From Geosiphon pyriformis uo1 (lineage: Eukaryota > Fungi > Glomeromycota), in assembly GCA_016748015.1 (NCBI GenBank), contig JAAOMT010000295.1, positions 372,001 through 436,000 of the forward strand: DNA of 64,000 bases, read 5' to 3'. Position 1 is the first letter of the stretch. Each line of letters starts with the position of its first letter. The notes beneath the pieces were generated by a model. The model was not told the DNA's origin and searched no databases. It saw only the letters and a list, made by a program, of their open reading frames with translations. Below are positions 1-13,345 of this stretch, piece by piece. The translations under genes and the position numbers were made by a program.

Positions 1-1079
1 TCACGATATCTGTATTTGATTTGGTAACTAGTAACGTGTTAAGTAAAAAATTATCATAACCAATATTGTAACATATAATTTATATTTAACCATTTTTACA
101 TGCGATTACCTATTTATGCTATTCAAATGATTTTAAATTAGTTATTAAACTTATGTGTTTTTGTGACTCTCATTAACCATATAAAATATATTTTTAATAT
201 TATTTAAAACTGTATTATAATAAAATTTATTGCCATTTGATAAATTCAACCTTTTTTATACTTAATTTGTGTTTGATTTTTTTACTTCAGAATAATTTAA
301 AAAAATTGTATTAATTAAAATGAAGTTTTTAATTAATAACTTATAATCTAGTTATAATTTGTTTTTGTTTAATCTTTTATATATATACAAATTCACAATA
401 TAAATTTATTAATATAAATTTTTAGTTATTTTACTTTTATTGTTTTTTGTTTTTTGTTTTTTCAAAAATCTTAAATATTTTTTAACTGTTTTATGTTAAA
501 AATTTGGTTTTTGTTTATTATTAAAAACTTATTTATTTTATATTTTAATTTTGTTAAATTTTATTAATATTGTTTTAATTATTAAATTAATATGTTTTAT
601 TAAAAAACATTTTTTTTAATGTTATAATATGTTGTTTTTTGGTTTAATGTTTTTTTTTAATTTTTACATTTATTTATTTAAAACAATTTTAATATTAATC
701 ATATATTATATTGCTAATTATATATTTTTAAATATTTTAAATATTAATTTAATAGTTATTATCAATTTAAATACTTGTTTTTTAAATATTTTTAACTTAA
801 ATTAATATTAATTTTTTTTTAAGTTTAATATTATGAATTTTTAATAATAAACATTTTAATAATTTTTTATTGTTTAATAAAATAAGATTTAACTATTATT
901 TTACATTTATAAAATTATATATAATAATATTTATAACTGTATTTTTTATAAATATACTTATTTTTATAATAATTTAGTTTTAAATTTTAAATTTAAAATT
1001 AAATCTATATTTTTTATATATACAAATAATTATGAATTTTAAGTAGATTAAATTTTTTTATAGTTCTAAATAAAATCTT

Positions 1080-2400
1080 AAATAAGATCTTTTTAATAAT
1101 AATTAATTTTTTTTCTAGTATAGATAACAACAATAATAACATGTTTTCTAAGATAAATTAAGATTAAATATTAATTGTGTTGTCAAATATGATGTTTTTT
1201 AACAGATTATTATTAGTTTTAAAAACAAAACAATATATTAAATTATCTAATCTTAAAATTTGGACTAATTAAATAAAAACTAAATTAACCTCTGCTTTTT
1301 TATTTTTTGGTACTGTTTTTTATAATATTTAAAAAACAATTTTTAATTATTAAAAGTTTTCTAAGTAAATAGTTTCTATTTTAGTGTTTGGTTTTATTTT
1401 CAAGATTAAATTGGCTTTAATTAATTTTTTGTTTTATTTGTTGTTTGGTTTTATTAAATTTAAGTCAGTTTTTAAAGATAATATTAAGTTGTTTTGTATG
1501 GATTTTGTTTTTAAAACTTTTTTAGTTACTGTTATTAAAGTTTTTATAAGTGGTTTTCTTTTTTTAATTACATTTAAGATTGCAAAATTTTTTGTAATAA
1601 CTTTTTTTTATTTTTGTTATATTCTATAATGTTTTTCTTAGTATATTTTTTAATAATATAAAAATGTTCTTGGTATTTTTGGTATTGTTATTTTTGTTAA
1701 ATTAAAGCCTACTAATTTATAGCAATATATTATTATTAATTTTAAGAACTTTTTTTTGCTGTTGTTATTTTTAATAACTTATCTATACTAATAAAAAAAA
1801 ACAACATTTAAGTCTTTTTTTTTAATTAAAATGAAGTTATTATTTTTTAAGATTTTTTTAAATCCAAATTAGTTAAATTTTTTTTAGTTATATTGTTTTT
1901 GAAATTAGTAATATAATTTTTTAGATTAATAATTATACTTGTTTTATTTTTTATTTTCTAGATTTTTATTGTTATTAATACTTTGTTGTTGTTATTTTTA
2001 AGTTTAAGAAAATATTAGAGCTTGCTATAATAAAAGCTAATATTTTATGTAAATATTATATTTGATAAAAAACTTTTGAATACTATTATTATTATAGATA
2101 TTAAAGTTTAAATTATTTGTTTGCTAATTATAAAATGTTATTTTTTTTGTTTTTCAAACTGTTTTCCAAATTAATAGTTAGCTTTAAATCTTTTATATTA
2201 TTTTTTGTTAATAACAAGTTTTATGTCATGATTTTTGTATCTTTGACTTTTCTATCTGCTGTTTTTTTGGTTGTTTTTATTGTTAATTCTGCCATTAAAT
2301 CTAAATTAAATTCTTTAAAAACTCAAATTTTAAGCTTGGCTGCTTTAGTAAAATTTATTATTAAGTTTATTGATTTTTTAATTATTTTGATTACTAATTT
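1080..2400. repeat. Unclassified dispersed repeat, copy A (decayed; direct-orientation partner at ~26600-27910)
   Basis: Collinear similarity, e.g. attatctaatcttaaaatttggactaattaaataaaaactaaattaa (1242) vs attatctaattttaaaaattgggctaattaaataaaaattaaattaa (26761), and tttttaaagataatattaagttgtttt in both. Boundaries approximate. Confidence 0.8.
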
Positions 2401-2764
2401 TCTGAATAATAATACTGTTAAAGTTCTTTAAGTTAAAAAAAATTTGTTTTTTATAAAATATGTTATTAACAATTTTTCCAATTTTCTGATTGGTGTTTTT
2501 AAGAATATTGTTAATCTTAGATCTAAAATTGATTTTAATAATATGAATTATAATAAAATACTAATTGCTAAATCTTTTTTTTTGAATAAAAACATTATTA
2601 AATATATTATAACTTTGTAATATATGTTAAATCCTATTATAAAAAATAGTATTAAGTCTATTAAATTTTTTTTTAGTAAGTTTATCTTTGATTTTAAGAA
2701 TTTAAATATTATTATTAAATGAATTAATAGACTAAATTTACTTTTGGCTTTTTTTGTTTTAATA

Positions 2765-2845
2765 TAGTATTGTTTTAACTGGCTTAAATATTTAATTATA
2801 TGTAAAAAATATATAATTTATACTTAGTTTAGATTATTTTTAAAA
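2765..2845 (+). mobile_element. Highly decayed LINE 3' UTR fragment
   Basis: tagtattgttttaactggcttaaatatttaattatatgtaaaaaa...tacttagtttagatta aligns, mostly via transitions, to the 3' UTR of the LINE copies (reverse complement of 3300-3375; 42200-42280). Confidence 0.6.
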
Positions 2846-3370
2846 ATATCAATTTTTTTGTTTAAAACTAAATATTAATTATATAATACTTTTAAAATTA
2901 TTAATTAATTTAAAAAAAACTAAAAGTAAAATAAAAACATAATTTAATTATTATAAATATAATTTAATATTATAATAATCCAATAAAAAACTTTTAATAA
3001 CAAAGTAAAAAAATAATTAAAAAACAATATATTTATTAACTTACTAAAAAAACAATACTAAATTTTATTAATTATAATTAAATAATATAAAAAATAAAAT
3101 ATTACTATAATAATTTTAAAATTATTAATTTAAAAAAAACTTTAATATTTTTGTTTATTAAAAAAAATATACACAAATAAAATACAACAAAAAATTTAAT
3201 AGAATTTTTAAATACCAAAATATTTTAAAAATTTTTTTTTTTTTTATTAACTTTTAACGAATAAGATCCAAAAGCCACCTAGCACAATACATCAAACTAA
3301 GTAATCTAAACTAAGCACAAATTATGCACTTTCTACATGTGACCAGCCATTCAGACTGATCAGAGCAACA

Positions 3371-6300
3371 CTACAAATCTATCAGAACAGAAACCATACT
3401 ATTTATACCAGAAAAAAAACAGCAATGTTTATGAAAACCAAAGCAAATACCAAGTGCCTCAGCAATCCCAAGCAACTTAATTACTCCAGCTGAATACATA
3501 CATGACAAACCACAAGTCACAGAATACACAGAGCTATTAAGTAAAATTAAACCACTTTTCTCCATTAAAGCTCTATATTTAGCTCTAACCAACCAAATAT
3601 TTATGCAATGAGCAACACCCAATTCTTAAACAAAATCAACAATAAACTTTTCTGCGACCTTAGCATCACCCAGAATGGACGTAGCTTCCTGAATTCAATT
3701 TTTAAACACAAAGCTTTTGCCTATGGTGATATATAACACATTATTAAATGCACACAAAAAAAGCATCTGTAAGACACGAGATAAAGGTAAGCCCAATTCA
3801 GACACATAACATCATTTGGCCAGATGAGACACAAAAATGCTTTTACAGATATCAAAGTCAAATATACAAACAAAGAAGTAGTTGGAACTTTCCATTTTAC
3901 TACAGTGCAGACACAAAACACTCAGATAAATCTTACTATACAAATGCTTCCATATAGTAACTGGTAAACAGTAGTGGAAGGCTTTTAAAAAATAAGAGTG
4001 CAAACTAGCTGTAGATCTACTGGTAAAGCCAGTTGCCATATAGAAATCAGGGTGCTACACCAAAGCAGTATGAGACCAATTCACATTACCAAGTAGACTG
4101 TTATCAATAACATCAAAACCAGGACCAACCTTTCAATGAGCACAATTAACAGACTTAAAAATCTCATGAACAAAATGATAAACATTTTCAGACACTACCA
4201 CTTTATCAGCCTTGATAAATCTCTCTTTAACCAACACAAGAAGTGCCAAATCAGAACCTGCAGCCAGACTGGCTAACTTATTAGCACACTCATTATTTAT
4301 AACACCTGAATGCTCTTTAATCTTGCACTAAGAAACATCAAGCCACTTTTCCTTAATTAAATTAATAATGCCATGCTGCTCCATCCAACAGCAGTTGCAG
4401 AAGTCCAAAGACAGCAGAGCAGATTCAGCTATACAAGCATTTAGGACAGCCTGACTGTTTGAATAAACCACTACTGAACTGTTAAAAGAAACACACACTA
4501 AAGCCAAAGCAATTGCCTACAATTCCACTATAATCGAAGACACTAATTCACCAACTCTAGCACCAATACCCAAATCCAGATCAGAGAAGTAAGCAGCAGC
4601 ACCACACTTCATCTTATATGAACCCAAATCTCTTAACAATCTATCAGTGTAAATATTAATAACCCTCATATTCACAGAAGAGAGATACTGACCCAATCTG
4701 GAAATTATACTTGAGCTGCAAACATCTATAGTCTGCAAATTTTCAATGTGTAAATTATCAGAAAGAGAAGAACAATCCAAAAAATCACAAGCCACAGTAA
4801 ACCAACAAAGAATAGAACCCTTTGGATCAAGTTTCTTTCAACATTAAAAGCTTTTCCAATCAAAAACCAAATCTTTTTTGATATATAACTGCTCAGCAAA
4901 GGCAACTCCAAACTTTTTAAGAGAAAAAGAAACATCATAAAACAAAGAAGCTCCCAGAACTGTAGACATTGGCATTCTACCAGAAAAGCAGAATACAGAA
5001 ACAGAGAGATTGTCAAGAGACATGTTATAGTCCAAAAAAATCCTAATGACACCTGCCAAAAAATTATTGACTGAACTGACATGCAACTTAACCAGACAAC
5101 ATAGAAGGTAAATAGGTAACCAACTCAGAACCTGAAGATTCAGAGATCTATAATTGAACAAATGACCAAGAACACCACCAGCATTTGAAAAACACAACAC
5201 AGAAGCCACCTTGCATTCAATCTGCAACTGCTCAAAAGATTTCAAGTCATACAAAAATGGATGATGAAGAGCCTCATTGGAAAAGTCTCTCAGAAGTCCA
5301 GCCTTAAGTCTTAATCACCTCCTAATCAATATATCCCACTTCATATACACATTCCTAGAAATGAAGCTGAACTGAGTCCTATAATTAACAATGAATTGCA
5401 ATACAGTTAATACTAGATAAAGAAACTGCTTGTTCAAAATAGCCTTCTTCAGAACCAAATTGACAAAAAACCTAATATCTACATGCACCTTAGCCAAACT
5501 GGGCTTGGATAAACCTTCAAATGATAAATAAATGCCAAGGTATTAATAAAACTCTTTCTTGTGAGTAACTGAAATCAGCAGACCACTAATTGACAATGAT
5601 GTATTACTAACCCTTTAATTGATAAGAATGGTTACAGTTTTCTCATTGTTGATAGAAATGCCATTCACCTTGAAAAATTCACTTGCTATGTCCAAAATAT
5701 ACTGAGTGGTGGTCTTACTGCTACCCATTCAAATAGTATCATCAAAAAATATACCAGCAGCCAAAAATAAAGTCAAACTGTTTTGGTTTTCTATTCTACC
5801 TGTTCTAGCTACAAATTTAGTATTAATTTGATATTCACACAAATTTTCTTGTCTCTTGATCTTATACAAAAGAGGATCATAAAAAATCCTCTACAGTAAA
5901 AAAAAAAACTTTACTTTGGTCAAGACCATCATGTACCTAGTACTCATTAGTCAGATCAAAATCAGTCATAATCCAATTAACACAGTCATTGTGAATAGAA
6001 CCAAAAAATCTAATAAAACACCTGCATATTTTGATTCAAACCAAACTATTATGCAAGTAATACCAATTTACAGAGTTATAGGCTTTATGCATATTTTGCA
6101 GCACAAGCCAAAGTTCACGATCCTTTTCCAAAGCATCTTCAACAACCAAACCAATGGCAAAAATAGGAGACTGAGTAGTAGTGCCCTTAAGCACAGAAAA
6201 ATTGTTCTCATGAAAAACATTGAATAGACTGCATGCTGACAAAATCCTATTAAACAGCAACTTAAAAAGAATTTTACAAGCAGTCTTAATTAAAACAATC

Positions 6301-8051
6301 AGTCTAGTATTCATTAAAACACCCTCTTACTCATAAGGCTTAGAAATTATTAACACCCAAGCTTTCTTTCAACAATGGAAAACTGACTCACACACCAAAT
6401 AAATGTTTAAAAGATCCAGAAGCAAGCCTAGCACAGATCCATCACAATGTTTCTATAGTTCATTTGAAATACCAGACAAGCCAGCAGCTTTGCCATCTGG
6501 TAAATTCTTAACCACATGTGTCAAGTCATCCAAACTGATAGCATCCATCACATCAAAAAAAGCATTATCATTAACATAATCTAACGGTAGATATTGGTGC
6601 TGCCACAAATTAGAAACACTCTTCAGCATGGTCTTCTTTCTCATTCAGCTCTTCATTATACCATCCATTTTACTTTTAACTTCCATTGGGTCCAAAATCA
6701 AATTGCCATCAGAAACCAAATGGTCCAAAACCACTTTGCAGAATGGATATTCTAAAACACTATAAATTGTATGGTCTTTATTAACCACAAAATTCTCCAT
6801 TTTTTTTTCAATAGCTGATCTAATGTCCAACTCCTTGGCTTGCAATGACTCAGCAAGCTTAGAAGCATGATAAGATCTCCTCACACCACAGAGAACAGAA
6901 CAGATATGATCCAAATTTGCACCAGAGCTCATAAAATTCCAAACAACAAAAGCTTTGTCACTATTCAGAAAAACCCAGTGTCTTAAAAGAGATTCAAACT
7001 GGCTAGAGTTCACCTTGCAAGAAGTCTTAACAATTTTTGAGACCAATATCTCCAAGTTATGCAACTTGAAAGACTCCTTAGTAAACATTCTATTATAACT
7101 CTTAAACCATTTCTTCTTGAAAGCTCCATCAGCTGAAAAAATCATTATTTTGCAAACAATATCCCACATAGCATCCAAATCAGAGAATCTTCTGGCTAAC
7201 CCAAACTTATCTAAAAACATGGCAGCATTGGTTGCAGTAGCATCCTTAAATTCACCTTATTTTACTTTATCTGTATTTTTGACATCAAACTTCCAATGAT
7301 CCTTATTCACCTGCTTACATAGTGAATTTAATTAAATATTAAGCAGACCACCCAAACCCACAGAAATGGAAACAGCTTTGTAATTAGTATCAAAGTAGTC
7401 CTCAACACTGGCCATACTACCATCTATTACAGCATTGACCAAACTTAAAGAAACAAAAATGTAATTAAGAGCTTTAGTGACATCACGAGAATTGGTCCAT
7501 GTAGGGATCTTGGCAAATAAACTTCTTCTTAAAGAATTAACTAAACCTAAATCAAAGTACTTCCTAAAACTAACACACTTTTGGGCACTATTTTCATTGA
7601 AATTACCACCCAAAACTACAAAAAAGGACTTATTGACTACTTTTGCAATGAAAGAGTTGATTTCACCAGCCTGAGAAAACCAAACCACTGAAGAAGCACC
7701 AGCATAGAGCTCCAAAATTGACACAAATAAATTATTTTTAAAGAGTAACTTGAGGAAGAAAAATTGACCAGAAACTTTGAAAATCTTACACACATGTCTT
7801 GCCAAAAAATTGTTTATAATAATTGCAACACTAGAACCCAAATAACCAGAGTCCAAACCAGAAGTAAAAACCCAGACACCATCAAATTTATTCATAATCC
7901 ATGGGTGGATCTTACCCTTTAACTTAGTCTCAATAACAACAGAAATCAAATTATTCATCTCTTTATGCCAATAAATTATATCATCCTGTTTTGTAGGATT
8001 ATTCATATCCCTAATATTACACATGGCAATCTTCCAAACTAGACTGGTCAT
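3371..8051 (-). pseudogene. LINE copy 1 ORF2 (APE endonuclease, reverse transcriptase, RNase H, Cys-rich tail), many premature stops
   Basis: APE motifs (MCNIRDMN, ETKL, GGNFNE, DTNY), RT region (PDGKAAGLSGISNEL, LQNMHKAYNSV, FFDDTI), RNase H (IYTDRLL), C-terminal SVLCLHC. Confidence 0.9.
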
Positions 8052-9669
8052 TGAGAAGGAAAATTGGGAAATACACTACCAGCCAAAATTGAACTATCAA
8101 ATCTTGCTGTTAGACTTAGAACTGAAGCAGAAAGTCTTACCAACATGTTTTCCAATTTTTTTACCTTAGGAAAAGCAGAAAAATCCAAAATTACAGCAGT
8201 CTTACCACTTGTGGCCTTACCCAAGCCCTTTCCCATCACTATATTACCCACCTGATCCTGTAATGGAGGGGTCACCAGCAGCTGACATCCAGGGCTAGAC
8301 TGGGAAACTGCCAACATGAATAAGTCTAATCTCTTAGCCAACTCACCAATTTGTCCCACAAGGCTGGTAAGACTGCTCTCCAAAACAGCAAACCTTTTTT
8401 CAATATCACTCATATCAGGAAGAGTAGGCTTTATCTCCAAAGAGAAGCCAGAATTGACTGAAACATTTCACATAGAGAGAGGAAAAAAGAAAGACCGACC
8501 AGCAATCTTTGTCCAAAAAACCCCACCAAAAGCAACAGAACAAGCAATCAGAGCTGAATACTTGACATAGATGATTGCCAACCTGCTTTTATCCATGTCT
8601 GAGAGAGATTTGTGAAAAGGTTTCCCAAAGGAAAGATTTTCACCTATAGCACAGCCCAAAGATGTATGTTCTATTTTTCCATACTTAACACATTTAGAAA
8701 AACCCAAGTGAGACCAACGCAGATTCACATCTCTCAAAACTGGAGTAGTTCTTATGACAGCATTCAAGAAATTGGCTGATTCAAAACAAACAACAGCACA
8801 TCTGGCCCGAGCATATATAACAGGATAACAATTGATTGCACATGTTTTTTCACTTACAAAACCAATATAATTCCAGATGTTATGAGCAGTTATTTCTATT
8901 GGTAGAGTATAGAGCAGTGTCCTATGTTGATCTCTCATGCCCCATGATTTTTTGTCTTGATCAGCTCTGACCACACACATAGTATCTTTTCCAATCAAGA
9001 TAGACTAACAAGTTGCAACTAAATCAGTCTGTTTACTCTTACTAAATTCAACTACAGCTTTCTGCCACAAACCTACCAACTGTATTTTGATCGACACCAT
9101 CACACCAAATTCAGATAGTGCAGCATGCACAGCTTCTGTTGATGTTCCAACTGGAATTTTCTTTAATATCACAGCCCAATCTGAATGTTCAGATGATTTT
9201 TTGAGATCAGTGTTCACTAAGATCTTCATCTTTTCAGTTTTTTTGGAAGCCTGCACTAAACTTGATTTAGAAGTGAATGTTGCTCTGATAATTCCAGCAA
9301 ATTTTGAGGGGGTAGAGGCCCCTCCAAAACCATTAATTTTTGAAAATAACTTTCTGATTATCACAAGCTTTTCTTGAGTAGATTTCCCAACAACATTGTT
9401 CAAATTGATGTTTAAAGCATAAGATTTCTTAACAAAAACATTGACCAAGTTCTTCAAAAGGGGAGAAAGGACCACAAATTTGTCTAACAGTATGTTATCA
9501 TTATTATCATTCAAGAAGTTAATTTTCCCTAGTGGTTTTTTCAGCACTTTCTTGATAAGAATTTTTGAACTTTTAAGCATTTGTTCCAAGTTTTTTCCAG
9601 TGAAAGCTCTACCATCTCCATAATCAAAACTGATTTCTTTAACCAAACATTTCTTTTTCATGTTCACAC
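8048..9669 (-). pseudogene. LINE copy 1 ORF1, 3' part (nucleic-acid-binding protein with decayed CCHC knuckle); 5' part at 19825-~20060
   Basis: Homologous to ORF1 of copies 2 and 4 (FSKINGFGGA.T.SKF.GII, LWQKAVVEF). CVKYGKIEHTSLGC is a decayed Cx2Cx4Hx4C. Confidence 0.85.
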
Positions 9670-10536
9670 TGTTACTCATGAAATTATATTAGCATAATTA
9701 TTAGCCAATCAGAAGTAAGCATAGTAAATATGAAATTCCAGGATTCTTCTCAGGAATTGCAGAATTCCAGGAATTTCAGGATTCTCAACAAAGAATTGCA
9801 GAATTCCAGAATTCCAGGATTCCTCTCAAAGGAATCACAGGATTCCAGGAATTCCAGGATTCCTGTCATAAAGAATTGAGGAATTGAGGAATCTCAATTA
9901 TGTATATATAGCAGTAGTATTAGAAACAGAAAAGACAGAATCGATACCACAGAATTCTTAGCCAAGAAACTAATCATCAAATAAATAATCATTCCATATT
10001 TCAATTCACTCTCCACTATCAACACTTCATGTTGATAGTAATTGATACTTAACCATGCTGAAACAATAGCTCTTGATCACAGCTATTGATGAGATACTAA
10101 TAGACCAAATTGCCTTGGCTTATTTTCTTTACTTTCCTTACTTTTATTTTTTATTTATTTCATTTTCTTCCATTTTTGATTTTGTTGTTGTATACTAATT
10201 GATTAAAAGATTAAGCACTGAGTTATTGACGTCAAGAATAGCCTGGTAAAAAACCCAGAAATAAGGGTAGGATTTTATATATATATTATCGAATAGCTTA
10301 CCAGAAGGGCACGACTGCCAGACTAAATCCGGCCACCATGCTGAGAAAGAAATTGGGAAAACTCTTGGAAGAATACATCTACTATTAACACTATTTGAAT
10401 CTCTGTTCATTATACAAAGGACTCAACCAAACCTTCAGATACTAAATCTTCAGATCAATAGCAATTGTAATTAGCTTTGAACACCAAGTTATGGATTTGT
10501 TATTTGATTTGACAGCAGAAATAATCACTTGTAACA
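9670..10536 (+). repeat. 5' LTR
   Basis: Direct repeat of 18953-19820; begins tgttac, ends gtaaca; contains CCAAT (~9706) and TATA-like tatatatagc (~9903). Confidence 0.97.
9733..9892 (+). repeat. Degenerate 8-9 bp tandem repeat (GRATTCCAG-like) in LTR U3
   Basis: Repeated gaattccag/ggattccag units; also in the 3' LTR (19024-19175) and, decayed, in the LTRs at ~30430-30540 and ~62260-62350. Confidence 0.8.
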
Positions 10537-10538
10537 TT

Positions 10539-10555
10539 TGGTGCTCCCTGTGAGA
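10539..10555 (+). promoter_or_regulatory. Primer binding site, probably tRNA-Ile(UAU)
   Basis: TGGTGCTCCCTGTGAGA lies 2 nt after the LTR. It is complementary to a tRNA ending ...CUCACAGGGAGCACCA, similar to the eukaryotic tRNA-Ile(UAU) 3' end (...CUCACCUGGAGCACCA) as I recall it. Confidence 0.75.
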
Positions 10556-10598
10556 TATAATTCTACAGAGAACCAGCACCAACAACACCAAACCAAAA

Positions 10599-12950
10599 GT
10601 GGCAGAATCAGAAACTATAGGAGCAAACCATTTAGGATTCGTAAAATTTTTATTTCAACACTATTGTCAATACTTGGGATTAAACCACAATCATATATCT
10701 GCCAAATCAGCCTTCAATTTCTATGTCAACAAAAAGATTTCTTCTTTATTAAAAACACCAGTGAATACTGAATCAGCAAGAGAAACTTTCTATAAGGAAT
10801 TAATTCAAAACACCAACCTACTAACAAATCATAATTTCGCATCCATTATCATTGAGATCAACAAAGAAATTGAACATTACACTCAACAAAGATATCTAAT
10901 TACATACGCTAGTAAAGGCAAGGGAAAATTACAAACACCAGCAGTAATACCCAGAAAAATACAGCCATCTGCTTGGAAGAAACAGAGTTGAATCCCCAAG
11001 CAACCCATCCTATCACTATATACCTGGAAGTGCCATCAACATATCATCAACAGATGTGTTCCCATCAACTGCGACATCAGCATTTGGACGATTCCCATTC
11101 CAAAATAGACAAAGGAAAACAGAATTGTTAGGACCATACAGCAAATACTTTGAGAGATTTAATTCGCGATCATCAACCCCATTAGGACTTCGATTACCAC
11201 TGTCTTCACCAGATTTCAGAATTTCTGATTTGTGGAAAGCAGCGGAATCAGAAAAGAAGGAAGAAAAATCAGAGGATCAAGAATTCACTTACCAGTACCT
11301 GATCACTGAAAATCCGGAAGTTGAAATCCTGAACATTCAAACTTAGCAACAGTTAAAAAATCCGGAAATCAAAACTCTGAATATTCGAACACCGCCAAAT
11401 CAAAGAAATCAAAACCCCGAATTAATTAATCAGCAAAACTTACCTCCAGTAATTATCATTGATCAACCGCCAATTAATCCCGTAGCCAAACCCATACAAC
11501 AGCCACTTCAACTACCACTCCAACAGCCAGGACAACAACAACTGCTTCAACAGTCACTACAACCACCTAACTTAGATCCAATGGCCTATGCACCAATCGC
11601 AAAACTCGACAACTTTACTGGTGAAGAGGGTGATGCTCAAATATGGCTGAACAATATAGAAAAAGCCATTGCAGCCAATGGATGGAATGACACTTGAGCA
11701 ATGTAAGCCATTCCCTACTTTTTCAAGAATACCGCCAATTCATGGTATCAGAGCTTGGTTAATAAACCACAAGATTTCAATGCCTTCAAAGCGGAATTTC
11801 TAAGATACTTCAGCAACAATAACAGCATCAATCACCTAGTTAATGCATTCACCACCATAAAACAAGGAGAAACTGAAGCAGTCACCACTTACCTGGGACA
11901 CTTCCATCGAAACCTATGCCAAATTCAAACAATTGACACCAATTATTTCACAGCACCACAGATACTCAATCAGTTTATCCATGGCTTGTGCAGCAGCATA
12001 TTGCAACATGTATGACCATTGCATCCAGGTACTCTTCAAGACGCAGTTATACACGCCAGAGATTTTGAATCCATTGAGTCAGAGGCTAACCATGCCCAAG
12101 CCATTAACCTAGTAATGAACGGATTATCTGAATTGGATTCTAAATTGGAGAAGTTCAGTGAATCAATTAATAAGAGATTGGAAGGATACTTAGCTGACAA
12201 TCACGCCATTTATCAGCCTCCACAATGATGCAATAATCAAGAAAATTCTAATTGTGGCCAAAATCAACCACATTCATCTTCATCGACCAATCAATAATGG
12301 CAACAGGAAATGCATATCTGCCACTATTGTGGTAAACAAGATCATATCCAAATTGACTGTCGCCAGTGTCTAAATAACCAAAGATTGGGAAATCAATATC
12401 AAAACTCCGATCGCTGGTTCCAAACTCCGAATCATTATCCAAATCAGAATCAAGACCAATATCAAAATAATTACCTGCCCATAACACAGCAACCAATCTA
12501 TCAACCATCAGTATATCAACCTCCGATTCATCAGCTGCAGCCACAAGTAATATATCAACCGCAGCCACAAATTATCTATCAACCCCAACCAATTCAAACA
12601 CCAACCCAGAACTCAGCTCAAATGACATCAGGCAACCCTCGATTCAGAGTCACTCAAAACTGGAGATCGGCGATAGTTGTTCACCAACCGATCCCCAGTT
12701 CGCTAAACCCACTATCAGGATCACACACCCGGAATTTGGATATCAGTCGTGTCCAAAACCCAAATTCTCAACATTATTTAAGTCTCCTAGTTACCCCAGA
12801 AAACACCACATCTAACAACACAGAATTTAATCAGCACGTACCTACCAACACCATTCCACCAGCAATCATCTCTAGCGACAAATCCCTAGCAGCCATCTTT
12901 TCTTTCAAACTCAAAGAAAATGCACCAATACTGTTATTCAGTAGAGCCAC
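10599..12950 (+). pseudogene. gag: Gag region: long N-terminal extension, capsid-like domain (~11580-12070), CCHC zinc knuckle, Q/P-rich linker
   Basis: MAYAPIAKLDNFTGEEGDAQIWLNNIEKAIAANGWND... typical of retrotransposon Gag; QGETEAVTTY MHR-like; CHYCGKQDHIQIDC knuckle. Interrupted by stops and a frameshift. Confidence 0.88.
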
Positions 12951-13345
12951 TCTCGAAAAGAAACCCATAACAGCAATGTACACAGATGTCAGAGTTGATG
13001 GTCACCTCATCAAACTCATCCTAGATAGTAGATCAGCTGGCAGCATAATTACTAAACAACTCATGGAACAATTAGGTCACCGAGTTGATCGAACTGCCAG
13101 TGCCAGAATCATCACAGCCAATGGAGTGACCAAAACTCCCATCGGCGAAATCGACGATTTCCCTTTTGAAGTCAATGGCATAGTGACTTCCATTAAAGTT
13201 CTAGTAATGGAAGCCACTCAATACCAAACTCTCGTTGGTAATAACTGGCTATCTAAAGTCAATGCAACGTTAGACTGAAACATCCAGGAACTCCAGCTAA
13301 TGTATCAGGGCCAACACATATGTGTTCCGGCCACATGTGGCCACT
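12951..13345 (+). pseudogene. Retropepsin aspartic protease domain
   Basis: LILDSRSAGSII (decayed D-S-G), ITANG, LVGNNWL (decayed lGnDwL); in frame with Gag. Confidence 0.9.

Noticed and set aside
1384-2431. Small F/L/I/K-rich 'membrane protein' ORFs (also 21534, 39947, 63060, 63469)
   Set aside because: Compositional artefacts of AT-rich decayed repeats, several antisense to TE relics.
9733-9892. CRISPR-like array
   Set aside because: Units are 8-9 bp without unique spacers and lie inside an LTR of a eukaryotic genome.
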